From IMG/VR virus record IMGVR_UViG_3300028653_000011: a stretch of 64,000 bases of DNA; one strand, written 5' to 3'. Source of the DNA: a virus (lineage: Duplodnaviria > Heunggongvirae > Uroviricota > Caudoviricetes). This document shows, piece by piece, positions 48,101-57,654 of this stretch (position 1 is its first letter; every line of letters starts with the position of its first letter). The notes under the pieces are model-generated. The model was not told where the DNA came from. It saw nothing but the letters and a program-made list of their open reading frames with translations, and made no database searches. A program made the position numbers and the translations under genes.

Positions 48101-48652
48101 GAACGTGGTGAACGAGGACGACGAGAGTAAGGTGCCCTGATTCTCGACCTTGATGCTGCCCCCGCCACCCGTGGCAATCGAACGCCACTGTCCGCTGAGC
48201 CAACACAACATCAATGAACCGTAGGCTGTCGTCATCGTTTGCAGCGCGATATCGTCGATCAATTGGTCAGGCGCACCCGGGTAGACATTGATGTTCGTTT
48301 GTGAAGCAATGCCCGACATGTCTTTGACAATGAGTAGTTGGCCGTCGCGCGGGTTCGGTGGCAGGTAGGCATTGATGTTACCTGCCGTCGGCGTGGCTTG
48401 AGTGACGATGCCAGCGAATGACACATCATTGGAGACGTTGACGACGTTGTGCGTACGATCGACACTGTACTCGGCGCTGTTGAGCGAGAAGCGACCCAAC
48501 AGTTGCAGCTCGGCTGGGTTGCCGAGCAGGCCGATCTGCATGTCCGCAGGTACAGCGATCCTCGACACTTCACCCGTGTTGACGTCACGGACACTGATGA
48601 ACAGTGACTGCTTTGCGTGCTCGAGGGTGCCCGGGTTAGCTGCCATGATCAT
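45170..48652 (-). CDS. tail fibre-like protein
   Basis: repeated 'FGGDV.VSGS / LSGSLT / TTNSLGQI' modules; short collagen-like GAPGPTG. Confidence 0.75.
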   Translation of the reverse strand: MIMAANPGTLEHAKQSLFISVRDVNTGEVSRIAVPADMQIGLLGNPAELQLLGRFSLNSAEYSVDRTHNVVNVSNDVSFAGIVTQATPTAGNINAYLPPNPRDGQLLIVKDMSGIASQTNINVYPGAPDQLIDDIALQTMTTAYGSLMLCWLSGQWRSIATGGGGSIKVENQGTLLSSSSFTTFNFSGSAVTAIDQGGGTALILISGTTGAPGPTGSAGASGIFNVTGSGWTTVMDIDFTTMASASFTTDGYYSIGSNSLGQSLTWGKANSSHEVTHVSVGTTDGMVFNPIGNTPFSAYTIQQRTAPLFSCSLANISNLIDWGTCIRVFVDVGTWNVSNPNGANSYVFIATDNGTTSSMTSMAYGTRNSGGWDYEIDVGSPIASQKYHQLFGPEDGSFYIVTPSVDGCWMMEFSNLMQPPLYGFYHAAVSSGPFPSLSTFKPLGMMGGGTDITYMSNVQSANPTIANMAFVFGAAVEPSVTLTVSIKRLRIDINTGGGTAIINTGSFITNAITQSITQSITQYVDNIWFDGGNQAYSTGTIAVVTSASFAPPGTIFYVSGGAGKFMNGITGSLTQTPTAGNPFIVGTGTIAITTNSLGQIIISGSGGGAGTITAVTSSGGTSTSTVGSVVTVSSSVVTVTGNGGTSVTNGGGTTFNVSSSVGADPTANYILYTADAQLPNALILTSSGGTSLQLLSRPNLIVSSAVGADLYASYLLASGSAQDLKARTLAAGSGISLVDGGPGSSLTITAIGGGTGGGGSVWVDGNNKAYTTSSIAIDPRGLYATTDGVDTWFYVSGTIGLTGSAGRKSVFGGDVYISGSAFILGGLTGSITQTSGGLAFIVPLGPGISISTNSLGQIVVGNTKTGDDKASYLVLSTTASLPNDRSLAAGTGIVFTDLGPGSTLTISANGQGLSTAGGWTDTGHGVYTTSSVSIDSQGRTAGQIGTDVYLFVSGAHNNGNKALFGGDVFVSGSLTAVMGLSGSLTTLNTGLAYLVAGPNVTVVTNSLGQVIISGSAGGSVTGSTEYRIDGLPILAGAATTTLNSGTKQLVGSCYFDATKLNKSIDTINYTFRASLAPAGIGGNAYVDLYDYNGIVRFPPGPIVGAVLTGSAQGTLTRQSVSLTPVLSSVTGSGILAARAWIDTGGTACTITDVGLDLEWL

Positions 48653-48655
48653 TCA

Positions 48656-51600
48656 TCACAGTGTGATGTTGCCCTGAGGATCCTGCGTGATGGTCGTGAT
48701 CGACTGATTGAGTGTCTGAACGTTGATAGCGTTCCTGCTCGTTGGAGTGTCCTCGATGTACGGAAACGACGAAGTGCACTCAAAGCTCAAGTTGTTTGAC
48801 CATGTGTTGGCGGGATCCGTTAGGCGCCCACCGGTGCCGATGAATTTGACAGTGATGACGCCGGGTTGGGTACCTTGCCTAAAGTGTGGATCCGACGGAG
48901 CGTTCTCGGGTGACTGGTAGTACTTGGCGTAGGGACGTTGCTCCAACATGTCGCGGAATTGGCCGTACTTGTTGCGGCGCCAGTAGGCCTTGCTGAACGT
49001 CGGCAGCCCACTGTGAACGCCGTACTTCCACCCTCTAATCTTAGGTGAGTAGAGGTAGGTGTTGTTGTCGGTCTGCACGTGGGTGCCATCTGGGTGTGGG
49101 CCGGCCTGATCACGGAATTCGGCAAAGTGATTGGTACCCAACAGCGATACCGATGCATCGAGGTTGGTGTACAGGTTACAGGTGTTGTTGTCACCAAAGC
49201 CGAACAGCGCGCGGGCCGCGTCGGCAGACGGCACTGATCCTGTCGTGTAGTAGCCGAAGCTGTTGGTCGACAACAGGTTGACGTCAGCGACCCACTGGTT
49301 GATGACGGTACCCGACAACTTGGAGATGGTGCCCGTCACGTTGGTCAACGCCGTCCCAATCGTCCCCGGGCCGAAGAAAAAGCCAACCAGCGCCGCCGGT
49401 GCCGAAGGAGATGCAGGTTGCGGGACGATGATCTGAAACGGAATGCCAAAGATGATGACAGTGTTGATCACGGGCGCGGGCAAGTACAGGTTAGAGACGA
49501 TGCCAGTGTAGAAGTCGAGCTGCCGCGACACTCCCAAGTACCGAGGCTCAAACGGGTAGGCCTTCGTCCAGTTGCAATTGATGATGTTGCTGAACAGTGA
49601 GGCCTTGTCGCCGCTCAATTGGTCAAACCAGATCCACCCGATGTTGGTGGGACCGATGGCACCGCTGGCGAATTCTACCTGTTGCGGGTTACCGAAGATA
49701 CTGGTGGGGGAGATGAAGATGCCTGTGGCGTCGGCGGCAAAGCAATCGTCGATCTTGGGCATCATTGAATCATAGAAGCGTTCGGTGTTGTCGGTGAATT
49801 GTGACAACCTGACTGACCCAAACTGCTCCCACCAGGGTTGAGTGCGGTAGGCCTTTGATGTGTTGAGCGCGAGATCGGTAGAACTCGTCGTTAGTGTCGA
49901 CACGTTCTGTGAATTGATGATGCTGAGCATACGGGTGCGGTTGCCTTGAATGAAAGCCGCCGAACCCGAACCTTGCGTTGCCGGCGTCGTCAACGTCAAT
50001 AGGTTGCCCACCATGACGTTGTCGGTAAAGCTGCCCGTGTACTCGGCGCGGTAGGCCGACTCGAACTGGTCGAGGACGGGCTCGGCACCCAACAGTTCGT
50101 GGATGTCATCGGACGCCAGAGGTTGATTGAGGGTGTCGTGGTACTCGGCACCCGCTTGAATCTGACTGCCGTACAACGTGACGTTGATGGTGCCCGCGCG
50201 CAGGGTGACGTCGTGGCCCGTGGCGCCGAACGTACCTGAGAATAGTGGTGCGGCGATGTTACCGTCACTGTACAGAACGGGACGCGTCTTGGAAATGCTG
50301 AGGATCAACTTGTCGCCCGGCATCACCAAGTACGGCGACGGAAAGTGGGTGACCATGGAGATTGCGGCGTATGAATCGATCACTGAGATGTTGTTGTTGA
50401 GTGCGGCGGTGATCTGTGCAGGGATAGTGCCCGAGATGTAGAAGGGATTGGGCACGGTCAAGCCCGTTTGATCGGTTAACCCCTGCAGGGTGACGTACTC
50501 ATTGCCCAAGACACTGCGACCCGACTGATCAAAGCCCGTGCCGGCGCGACCGAAGGGAGAGATGTAGGCATAGATCGTCTCTTGTTGCACCGTCACTGAC
50601 CCCGGCGAGCCCAACACCAACGTCGGAGTTTGCAGTAGGTTGAGGGCACCCACCTTGTTCTGCGCACCGGTACCGTTGAAGAACCTGCTGAATTCCAGCG
50701 TCGGGCCGACCGCGCTGAGGGCCTGTGCTGTCACCGCGACTGAACCCGTGAAAGTGTTGCCCCCGACCGGGACGACGGCACCGGGTGAAGAACCTGCATA
50801 GTGAACGAAGCCCACGGGCCTGAGTTGAAAGTTGGAGTCGAACGCCGGAAAGTTCGACAACACGACATTGTTGATCATGTCGTTGGAGTGTGTCAGTGTA
50901 CCCGTCAAGATCAGGTCACGAAGGGCCGGCGTCGATGAATTCTCCGACAGTTGAACCTGTCGGAACAGCGCGACGGTGATGCCGGGACCACCAAAGTCAA
51001 ACGATGAACCCACCTGATCGAGCACGCTAAAGCACTGTGTGATGTCAGCGAACCAGCCGGCGCCCATCGCCAGCGGAATTTCAAACACCGCCTTTTCGAT
51101 CAGGAAAGGTGCGTTGATGGGCAGGGTGAACGTTTCGGCCGGCGTGGCGGCGTAGCGATCACAGTTCCTGACGCTGTTGGCATATGATGTGCCAAGCACT
51201 TGTGCGCTCAATGTCGGATCCCACGTCAGACCGATGTTGGGATCCGACTGCAGGTTGTGGGTGATGGTACCCGAGGAGATGATGTTGCCGACAGGACCAA
51301 AGCCCTTGGAGTCTTCAATGATGCCGAGACCTCCACCCGAGAATTGAATGGGATTTGTCCAATCACCGCCCGTAGATCCGGGTGACGGGACGCTAGCCGT
51401 CAGGCCGAGCACGTAGCTCGAATTGAATGGCACTTCCCAACACTTGGTCTGTGCATTGTAGTAGTAGATGCTCGACGTCAGGCCGGGCATCACCACCTGC
51501 GTGTTGACCGGGAATTGTACCCTGACCTGCGTCTTAGACTTCAATTGCTGATCGAAGTTGGCAGCAAACGTCGCCAGGCTCGAACCCGTAGCATAGAACG

Positions 51601-52972
51601 ACGACGTCAGCGTTGCTTGATCTTGTTCGTACCTACGGTCCTCGTTGAAGGCTGGCATGGAGGTAGGCGGCAATTCACCGACGTATGCATCGATGGCGCT
51701 CTTGACGACGCTGCCCGTCACCAACATGTCATTGCTGAACAGGTTTTGCCGCTCGAACGTGCCGGGAGCGGTGCCACCAAAGAAGCGTGGCAGCGTCGTC
51801 GGATAATTGGTGATGATGCCGCCTGCTTTGCTGCTCCCGCTGCCTGAGACGGCAAACGTCGTAGTGTACTGCGGTGATCGACGATCATCGAAGCCACCCA
51901 ATGACACTCCCAATCGATCGTCTCCCGTCCGTGCGACGAGGGGCAATGACAGCCGCGAACCCAACTTTCTGACCGACGACCGAGGCAATACTTGGCGCCT
52001 GTTGACGGGTGGTGAAAAGGTGAAGACGCTGCCCGCCGACGTCAGGCCGGGCCAATTGAACTGTGGGCGGAGGCCAATGACATACGACGCGCTGGCATTT
52101 GCCTCTTCATTGCCCGGGCCCAAGACGTCCATGAACGACGCATTGTACGTGAAGCCCCCGTAGATGTATTCCTGCCGTGACCCATCGAGGTAACCGAGGC
52201 CCTGAGCAAAGTCACGAAAGCGGTTGGTACCATTGGGCATGAAGATACCGATGGTCGCGCCCTCGAACGTGGAGTTAGTCTGTCGGATCGACGTGCGAGG
52301 AGTGTACCTGAACTCGATCGTCCCATTCTCATAGATGACAACTTCGTAGGAGATCACCGATGACGCATCGAGGATGTTGTAGTAGTTGGTGATGACTGAC
52401 CAGCGAACGATCAGGCGGCGACCCTTCGTCGACCTAACGTCTTGAAAGTACCTGACGCCGAAGGCGGTGCCATTGACGTGAGGATCCATCGGTTCAATGC
52501 CGTACTTGAGGTTGTTGACCTTCTGCGTGGAGTAATAGAGACCCAACTGGTCAGGTGTGCTGGCAATGTTGCGGGAGTCATCGAACCACGGTGCCAGCAG
52601 CACCGCCTTTGAAGTAAAGGTGGGCTTGATGAATGGGTTCTGCCAGATGCCGGAGCTGATCACCTCGTTGGCAGCAAAGGTCCCCGTTGTCGGATCGACC
52701 AGTACCATCCACCCATGATTGACGACGACGAACTGTTTGTAGGTGATGCCGTCAAACAAGAAGTCAAAGCCGATCTGAAATGGGCCGCCGACGGCATCGC
52801 CCGAGAAGCCCACACCAGGATCCTGATAACCTCCCAGTGCCGGCGAACAGGGCGTGAATCGATTGTCAGTGACGTTGGTCAGGCCCGCGCTCTGGTCGAC
52901 GACACGCGTCAGCACATAGTTCTCAAATCGGCGCGAAGGAGGCGTGCGGGTCGATGTGGGTGTGCCTACCAT
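48656..52972 (-). CDS. large virion structural protein with N-terminal NIDO-like domain
   Basis: 'IGFDFLFDG..Y...NHGW', 'LAPWFDD', 'IYENGTIEFRY'. Confidence 0.65.
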   Translation of the reverse strand: MVGTPTSTRTPPSRRFENYVLTRVVDQSAGLTNVTDNRFTPCSPALGGYQDPGVGFSGDAVGGPFQIGFDFLFDGITYKQFVVVNHGWMVLVDPTTGTFAANEVISSGIWQNPFIKPTFTSKAVLLAPWFDDSRNIASTPDQLGLYYSTQKVNNLKYGIEPMDPHVNGTAFGVRYFQDVRSTKGRRLIVRWSVITNYYNILDASSVISYEVVIYENGTIEFRYTPRTSIRQTNSTFEGATIGIFMPNGTNRFRDFAQGLGYLDGSRQEYIYGGFTYNASFMDVLGPGNEEANASASYVIGLRPQFNWPGLTSAGSVFTFSPPVNRRQVLPRSSVRKLGSRLSLPLVARTGDDRLGVSLGGFDDRRSPQYTTTFAVSGSGSSKAGGIITNYPTTLPRFFGGTAPGTFERQNLFSNDMLVTGSVVKSAIDAYVGELPPTSMPAFNEDRRYEQDQATLTSSFYATGSSLATFAANFDQQLKSKTQVRVQFPVNTQVVMPGLTSSIYYYNAQTKCWEVPFNSSYVLGLTASVPSPGSTGGDWTNPIQFSGGGLGIIEDSKGFGPVGNIISSGTITHNLQSDPNIGLTWDPTLSAQVLGTSYANSVRNCDRYAATPAETFTLPINAPFLIEKAVFEIPLAMGAGWFADITQCFSVLDQVGSSFDFGGPGITVALFRQVQLSENSSTPALRDLILTGTLTHSNDMINNVVLSNFPAFDSNFQLRPVGFVHYAGSSPGAVVPVGGNTFTGSVAVTAQALSAVGPTLEFSRFFNGTGAQNKVGALNLLQTPTLVLGSPGSVTVQQETIYAYISPFGRAGTGFDQSGRSVLGNEYVTLQGLTDQTGLTVPNPFYISGTIPAQITAALNNNISVIDSYAAISMVTHFPSPYLVMPGDKLILSISKTRPVLYSDGNIAAPLFSGTFGATGHDVTLRAGTINVTLYGSQIQAGAEYHDTLNQPLASDDIHELLGAEPVLDQFESAYRAEYTGSFTDNVMVGNLLTLTTPATQGSGSAAFIQGNRTRMLSIINSQNVSTLTTSSTDLALNTSKAYRTQPWWEQFGSVRLSQFTDNTERFYDSMMPKIDDCFAADATGIFISPTSIFGNPQQVEFASGAIGPTNIGWIWFDQLSGDKASLFSNIINCNWTKAYPFEPRYLGVSRQLDFYTGIVSNLYLPAPVINTVIIFGIPFQIIVPQPASPSAPAALVGFFFGPGTIGTALTNVTGTISKLSGTVINQWVADVNLLSTNSFGYYTTGSVPSADAARALFGFGDNNTCNLYTNLDASVSLLGTNHFAEFRDQAGPHPDGTHVQTDNNTYLYSPKIRGWKYGVHSGLPTFSKAYWRRNKYGQFRDMLEQRPYAKYYQSPENAPSDPHFRQGTQPGVITVKFIGTGGRLTDPANTWSNNLSFECTSSFPYIEDTPTSRNAINVQTLNQSITTITQDPQGNITL

Positions 52973-52973
52973 G

Positions 52974-54056
52974 TCAGTACGTCATCCCTCCGAAGGACAG
53001 TGAATCGGTGCCATTGACCACAACGTTATCATACCACCACCCACACGTTGCAGATCGCTGATTGAAGTGAATGTAACTATCAGTTGACCCGGTCATCAGC
53101 GACAGTGCACCGACGAGCGACGAATCTTCCGACGAGACGGCCTGATTATTGCGGACGTAGCGGGCATCGACAAAGGCACCCACCGCCGAACCGCTGACAA
53201 CGTCGGCCGCCGGCGGTGCAGCAAGGACTTCAATGATGCTGCTCGATGCCACGTGTTTGACGCCACCAACGATGGTAGTGACGAAGCGATGTAGGGTGAT
53301 GTTCTGTCCATTGTCGCTGAAAGGAGGCTGGTGCAGGCGCGTGTTGTAGTAGTCAACGGTCCTGACTTGGTCGGATCCACCGTTGACATCAACGTTGCCG
53401 GAACCCGCCTCGCCGACAACGAGGTGAGGGTTTGACGGCACATCACTATTGTAGAACGATGGTTGTAGGCGAATTGCCAGTGGCTCAATGGTGCCATTGA
53501 GGGTGGTGTAGCTGATGTCCTGTTGCGTGCGGTACCTGACGACGCCGTCAGTCGTCTTGACGCTGGGCCCGGTCTTGTAGGTCAGTGAATTTTGTGCCGG
53601 GGCAGGAGCATTGGGTGCCGTCGGCAATGCTTGAATGGGAAACAGCACGATCGGAAAGGTCGGACTGTTCTTGACGACCGACGACGGAAAATTGAAGTAC
53701 GACGTATCGTTGTCTGCAAAGGGGTTCGACGTGGCGGGACCCTGTTCGCCGTACCACGTCACCAACAGCTGGTGACCTGCTTCGCCTGACCACACCTTCG
53801 CGAAGCCTGCGTCGTGCCTCTTGAGCTGCGTCAATTCAACGCCTTGGGTGTAAGCGTCGATGGCTGACGTGTCGGTGCTGCCCGTCGCCAGGCCGTACGT
53901 CGGTACGATGGATCCCGACACTAGTGATGACGATAGAATCAGCGTCGTCTTCGACAACGGGATTGCAGGTGGAGTCGATTCATCGAATCCAGGATTGAAG
54001 CCGTGTTGCAGGCTCGGGTCGTAAAAGATGTCGAGGTCGTTTAGGAAGCGGGGCAT
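52974..54056 (-). CDS. virion structural protein
   Basis: in structural operon. Confidence 0.65.
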   Translation of the reverse strand: MPRFLNDLDIFYDPSLQHGFNPGFDESTPPAIPLSKTTLILSSSLVSGSIVPTYGLATGSTDTSAIDAYTQGVELTQLKRHDAGFAKVWSGEAGHQLLVTWYGEQGPATSNPFADNDTSYFNFPSSVVKNSPTFPIVLFPIQALPTAPNAPAPAQNSLTYKTGPSVKTTDGVVRYRTQQDISYTTLNGTIEPLAIRLQPSFYNSDVPSNPHLVVGEAGSGNVDVNGGSDQVRTVDYYNTRLHQPPFSDNGQNITLHRFVTTIVGGVKHVASSSIIEVLAAPPAADVVSGSAVGAFVDARYVRNNQAVSSEDSSLVGALSLMTGSTDSYIHFNQRSATCGWWYDNVVVNGTDSLSFGGMTY

Positions 54057-54057
54057 G

Positions 54058-57000
54058 TCAATACTTCACGATCTGGCCGACGACCTGTTGTAGCAGGATG
54101 ACGCTGTCGAGGTTGGTGCGGATCGAATCACCGAGATAGATCTGACTTGATAGGTACTCCTGCTTGTGACGTTCGAGCATGTGTGACTCGATGGTGAAAT
54201 TGACGCCCTTGAAGTTGGTCTTACGCGGGATCAATTGCTCAATGAAGGTGCCGATCGATGAGTCAAACCAACGGAAGAAGTCGAAGAAGGCAGCAAAGTT
54301 CAACTTCTGCTTGATGCGATTGAAGTAGACGTTACGCAAGTTCTCGATGTCAGGATAATCGGGTGAGAACAGCAGATCAGGAGAACCCATCGCGTTGTCG
54401 AGCGAATCAAGGGTACCGAAGATGGCAATGATGTCGCGGTTCAATGCGTCGAGCAGCGAAAACTCCATGATGAACCTGACATCATCGGTGGGTTGTTCGC
54501 TGGGGTTGATCTCATAGACGGGTGCCAATGAAGCCCACGGCGTCTTCTGCACCAGCGCAAAATCCTGGTACGAGCGCGATCTGACCTTTTCATTGGTCGT
54601 CGCCTCGTCGAAGTAGGGACTGAAGAAGCTGAGGTCGAAGACCTCACCGACCACGGTCTCCGCCGTCGTTGGGAAGTTGGTGCCCACCAGGTGCAAGTTA
54701 TTCTCGCTGAAGTCAATGAGGGTGATCGCTCCGGTGGGACCAAGGCTTGCCGTTGCGTTGGCCGTCCTAACGTCCTGTTTCACCATTGCATTCAGCCTCA
54801 TCTTACCCCATGAGCCTGATTGAGACGTCACGTAATTCCAGTTGGTCAGTGGGTCTTCAACGCCGGTTGAGCTGTAGTTCCTAATGTGCTCTTCCCACTC
54901 TGTCTCATTCAACGCCCGAGACCAGAACCTGACATTGCTGAGCCGACCATTGAAAGCGGCACTGCGTGCTTCACTAGGGGCCGCCAGATTATTGTTCAGG
55001 AAGCTGTAACCTACTCCAGTACCGGCGGGAATGATTTGTGTGGTGCCCACTGCGAGGAACGGGCCGTGAGCGTTTGATGCAGCGTTCAATTGCGTGAAGG
55101 CGTTGACCTCTCCACGCGGCGCTTCCTGAAAAAATGAGCTCGTCGTCGTCAAGTACTGCACCGTACCATTGTTCTGGTAGCCCAATCTCAGGAAGTACGA
55201 CGACGAGACGGAGCTGTTGAGGCCGTCGTCACCGCGCTGGCAACCAAAGCTCACGTTCCACCGATCACCATTGAAGATGCCGAGGGGCGGCGGGCCCGTG
55301 TAGACGTTGGGCACCGGCGTGTCGAGTTCAAGGCGGAGGACGGGTGAACCCGAGCCCGTCAATGCTCCCGCACAGACGTACAACACTAGCTTGGGTTGCA
55401 CTGACGATGAGATGGCCAATAGGTTGGCAATGATGCCAGCACCGCCGTTGTTATTGCACGCCAAAGTGCCCGTGACACACAGCCGGGCCAGTGACTGCGT
55501 GGAACTGGTCTGCACTGCAATCGATGCCGGCGTGAACTTGACGATGCCTTCCCACGTCCAGCTACCTGACGTCAACAGGCCGTCGCTGGGCACCGTGGTA
55601 CCCACGTTGTGACCCTTACCATCGATGACGAAGGTACCTGCAGGTGGTGGAAAGCCCGGCTCCACGCGTGAGGCTGACAAGTAAGGCGAGATCACCGTGC
55701 TGGCCGTGGTGAATTGCACCATTGCTCCGGGTTCGATCTTGCTCTCGCGGGCGAACGATAGCGCCTGTGTGGTCGGCCCGCCCACTTCGCGAAGTCGCAT
55801 GATGTTGTTGGGATCAATGCCCACCGCGCGGAGGAAGGCCTGAATGCTGTACTGCGTGCCCTTGGAACGAATGACAGACGGCAGGTTCTTGAGCACCCGC
55901 CGCGTCAGCGTGTGTTGCACGTAACGCAGTGTATTGTCGTTGGTCGCATACTGGTCAATGTCGACGTTTTCACCCCTGACATACTGATCAATGTCAGAGT
56001 CGGCGAACATGGGTGGCATGAAAAAACCCGTGTTGCTGATCAAGTTGTTCAAGAAGTTGTCAGGGACGGTGTCAGCGGCAATGACGTCGCCAGTATCGTA
56101 GTCGACGGTTCTCAACGTGGTGAATGAATCAACGAACAACTTGATGTCGTCAAAGAAACGTGCGTAGATGTACAGCAATGACACCAAGATCTGCACGTTG
56201 CCCATTTTACCCTGGCCCGGCAACCCGTTGCCCGCGTAGGCTTGATTAGCAGTCCCCTCGGGTTCTTGAAAGCCATCCTGCATTGCACCTTCTAGCAGGT
56301 AGTGCTGTGGGATCAATTTAGTGATCAGGTTGGGATTCTCCTGATCGTAGGCACTGGCACTGGCCAACAGCGCTTGGTTGAGCGCAACGATGGGGGCATA
56401 TGCCGGAAACAACACGGGGCACGACTCGGGTCGTTCGAAAGTGATGGGACTGAGCGGGTCAGCCGCTGCATTGAGGCGCAGCGTGCCAGTGAAATTGCTG
56501 ATCAACGCGTGCAGTGAATTGCCGCTGGAGTCGAGCACAATGCCATTGATGACGTCTGATGCGGACAGCGTGATGGGCGGAGGTGGCTCATTGAACTTGT
56601 AGTACAGCACCAGATCGGTCGTCGCGTACAGTGCCTTTTGGGCATATGCCTGTTGTTGGGTGGGCGTCCGTGCCGAGAAGAACATGCGAAATTCGTCAAG
56701 GGTACCTGACAACGTTTGTGTCGGTGTGGTCGTCGTCGTGCCGAGGATGAATGCCGTCCCACTGCCGATGATAAAGTTTGAGGAATCAATGGCCAGGTTA
56801 CCCATCTCGACCATGGTCGGCGATTTGGCGACTGGGATGCCTTGCAAAAAGGCCTCAAGGAAGGGCATGCCGTCATCACGGTTTAATTCGACCGCGATGT
56901 GGTTGAACTGGCCCTTGGTCAATTGAACGGGCACTGACATGTAGCTCGAGCCCGATACCACGCTAAACTGTGCGGTGACAGACGATGTCGATGCGGTCGT

Positions 57001-57627
57001 CAACAAGCACAGTGAGTAACCTTGCGTTGCGGGGCCCGCGGCGGTGCCCGACAACATCTGACAGACGACTTGGGTGCCATTGGCGATCGGCGGCAGGTAC
57101 AGCTGCATCTCGAGCGTGAGGCTGGTTGAACCCGTCGGATTCAACACAGGCAGGCCCGTGTCGTTGGTCGACAGTTCTGGGAACAAGGCTCCTGCGCGGT
57201 TCTGGACGACGATGTAGGTGCCTGCGGTGGGTGCCGTCTCCGACGTCTGTGTGCCAGAAAACGTCAGTTCGCCGTGATAGACCGGAAATTGGTCAAACAC
57301 CCACTTGTCGAAGCCCGACAGGTTGTCAAAGAACACCTCGGTCTCCTGCCGGGTGCCGTCGAACGGAAACCCATTGATGATCTGGTCAAAGGCCAAGTTG
57401 ACCTTGGCTTCGGCCGCCATGAAGAACGTGTGATTCTGGAACTGCGACCAGTCAACGTTGAGCTGCTGCGTTGACTTGATCCCGCCAGCCGCAGCATCGT
57501 ACTGAAATGAGGCGGTGCTGGCGATGTTAGTGTCGCTGACGGCCGACCATACCAGTGACAGAGGACGGTTACCCGCGACGGCGGCCCTCAAGAACGATGG
57601 AATGTAGGGGGTGGGCGTTACGCTCAT
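54058..57627 (-). CDS. baseplate/tail protein with LamG-like domains
   Basis: 'GTLDEFRMF', 'LSNVRFWSRALN', 'SKGT..SI..FLRAVG', 'IESHMLER'. Confidence 0.7.
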   Translation of the reverse strand: MSVTPTPYIPSFLRAAVAGNRPLSLVWSAVSDTNIASTASFQYDAAAGGIKSTQQLNVDWSQFQNHTFFMAAEAKVNLAFDQIINGFPFDGTRQETEVFFDNLSGFDKWVFDQFPVYHGELTFSGTQTSETAPTAGTYIVVQNRAGALFPELSTNDTGLPVLNPTGSTSLTLEMQLYLPPIANGTQVVCQMLSGTAAGPATQGYSLCLLTTASTSSVTAQFSVVSGSSYMSVPVQLTKGQFNHIAVELNRDDGMPFLEAFLQGIPVAKSPTMVEMGNLAIDSSNFIIGSGTAFILGTTTTTPTQTLSGTLDEFRMFFSARTPTQQQAYAQKALYATTDLVLYYKFNEPPPPITLSASDVINGIVLDSSGNSLHALISNFTGTLRLNAAADPLSPITFERPESCPVLFPAYAPIVALNQALLASASAYDQENPNLITKLIPQHYLLEGAMQDGFQEPEGTANQAYAGNGLPGQGKMGNVQILVSLLYIYARFFDDIKLFVDSFTTLRTVDYDTGDVIAADTVPDNFLNNLISNTGFFMPPMFADSDIDQYVRGENVDIDQYATNDNTLRYVQHTLTRRVLKNLPSVIRSKGTQYSIQAFLRAVGIDPNNIMRLREVGGPTTQALSFARESKIEPGAMVQFTTASTVISPYLSASRVEPGFPPPAGTFVIDGKGHNVGTTVPSDGLLTSGSWTWEGIVKFTPASIAVQTSSTQSLARLCVTGTLACNNNGGAGIIANLLAISSSVQPKLVLYVCAGALTGSGSPVLRLELDTPVPNVYTGPPPLGIFNGDRWNVSFGCQRGDDGLNSSVSSSYFLRLGYQNNGTVQYLTTTSSFFQEAPRGEVNAFTQLNAASNAHGPFLAVGTTQIIPAGTGVGYSFLNNNLAAPSEARSAAFNGRLSNVRFWSRALNETEWEEHIRNYSSTGVEDPLTNWNYVTSQSGSWGKMRLNAMVKQDVRTANATASLGPTGAITLIDFSENNLHLVGTNFPTTAETVVGEVFDLSFFSPYFDEATTNEKVRSRSYQDFALVQKTPWASLAPVYEINPSEQPTDDVRFIMEFSLLDALNRDIIAIFGTLDSLDNAMGSPDLLFSPDYPDIENLRNVYFNRIKQKLNFAAFFDFFRWFDSSIGTFIEQLIPRKTNFKGVNFTIESHMLERHKQEYLSSQIYLGDSIRTNLDSVILLQQVVGQIVKY

Positions 57628-57654
57628 GTGGCTGCCGTAGCTACGTATTGAAGC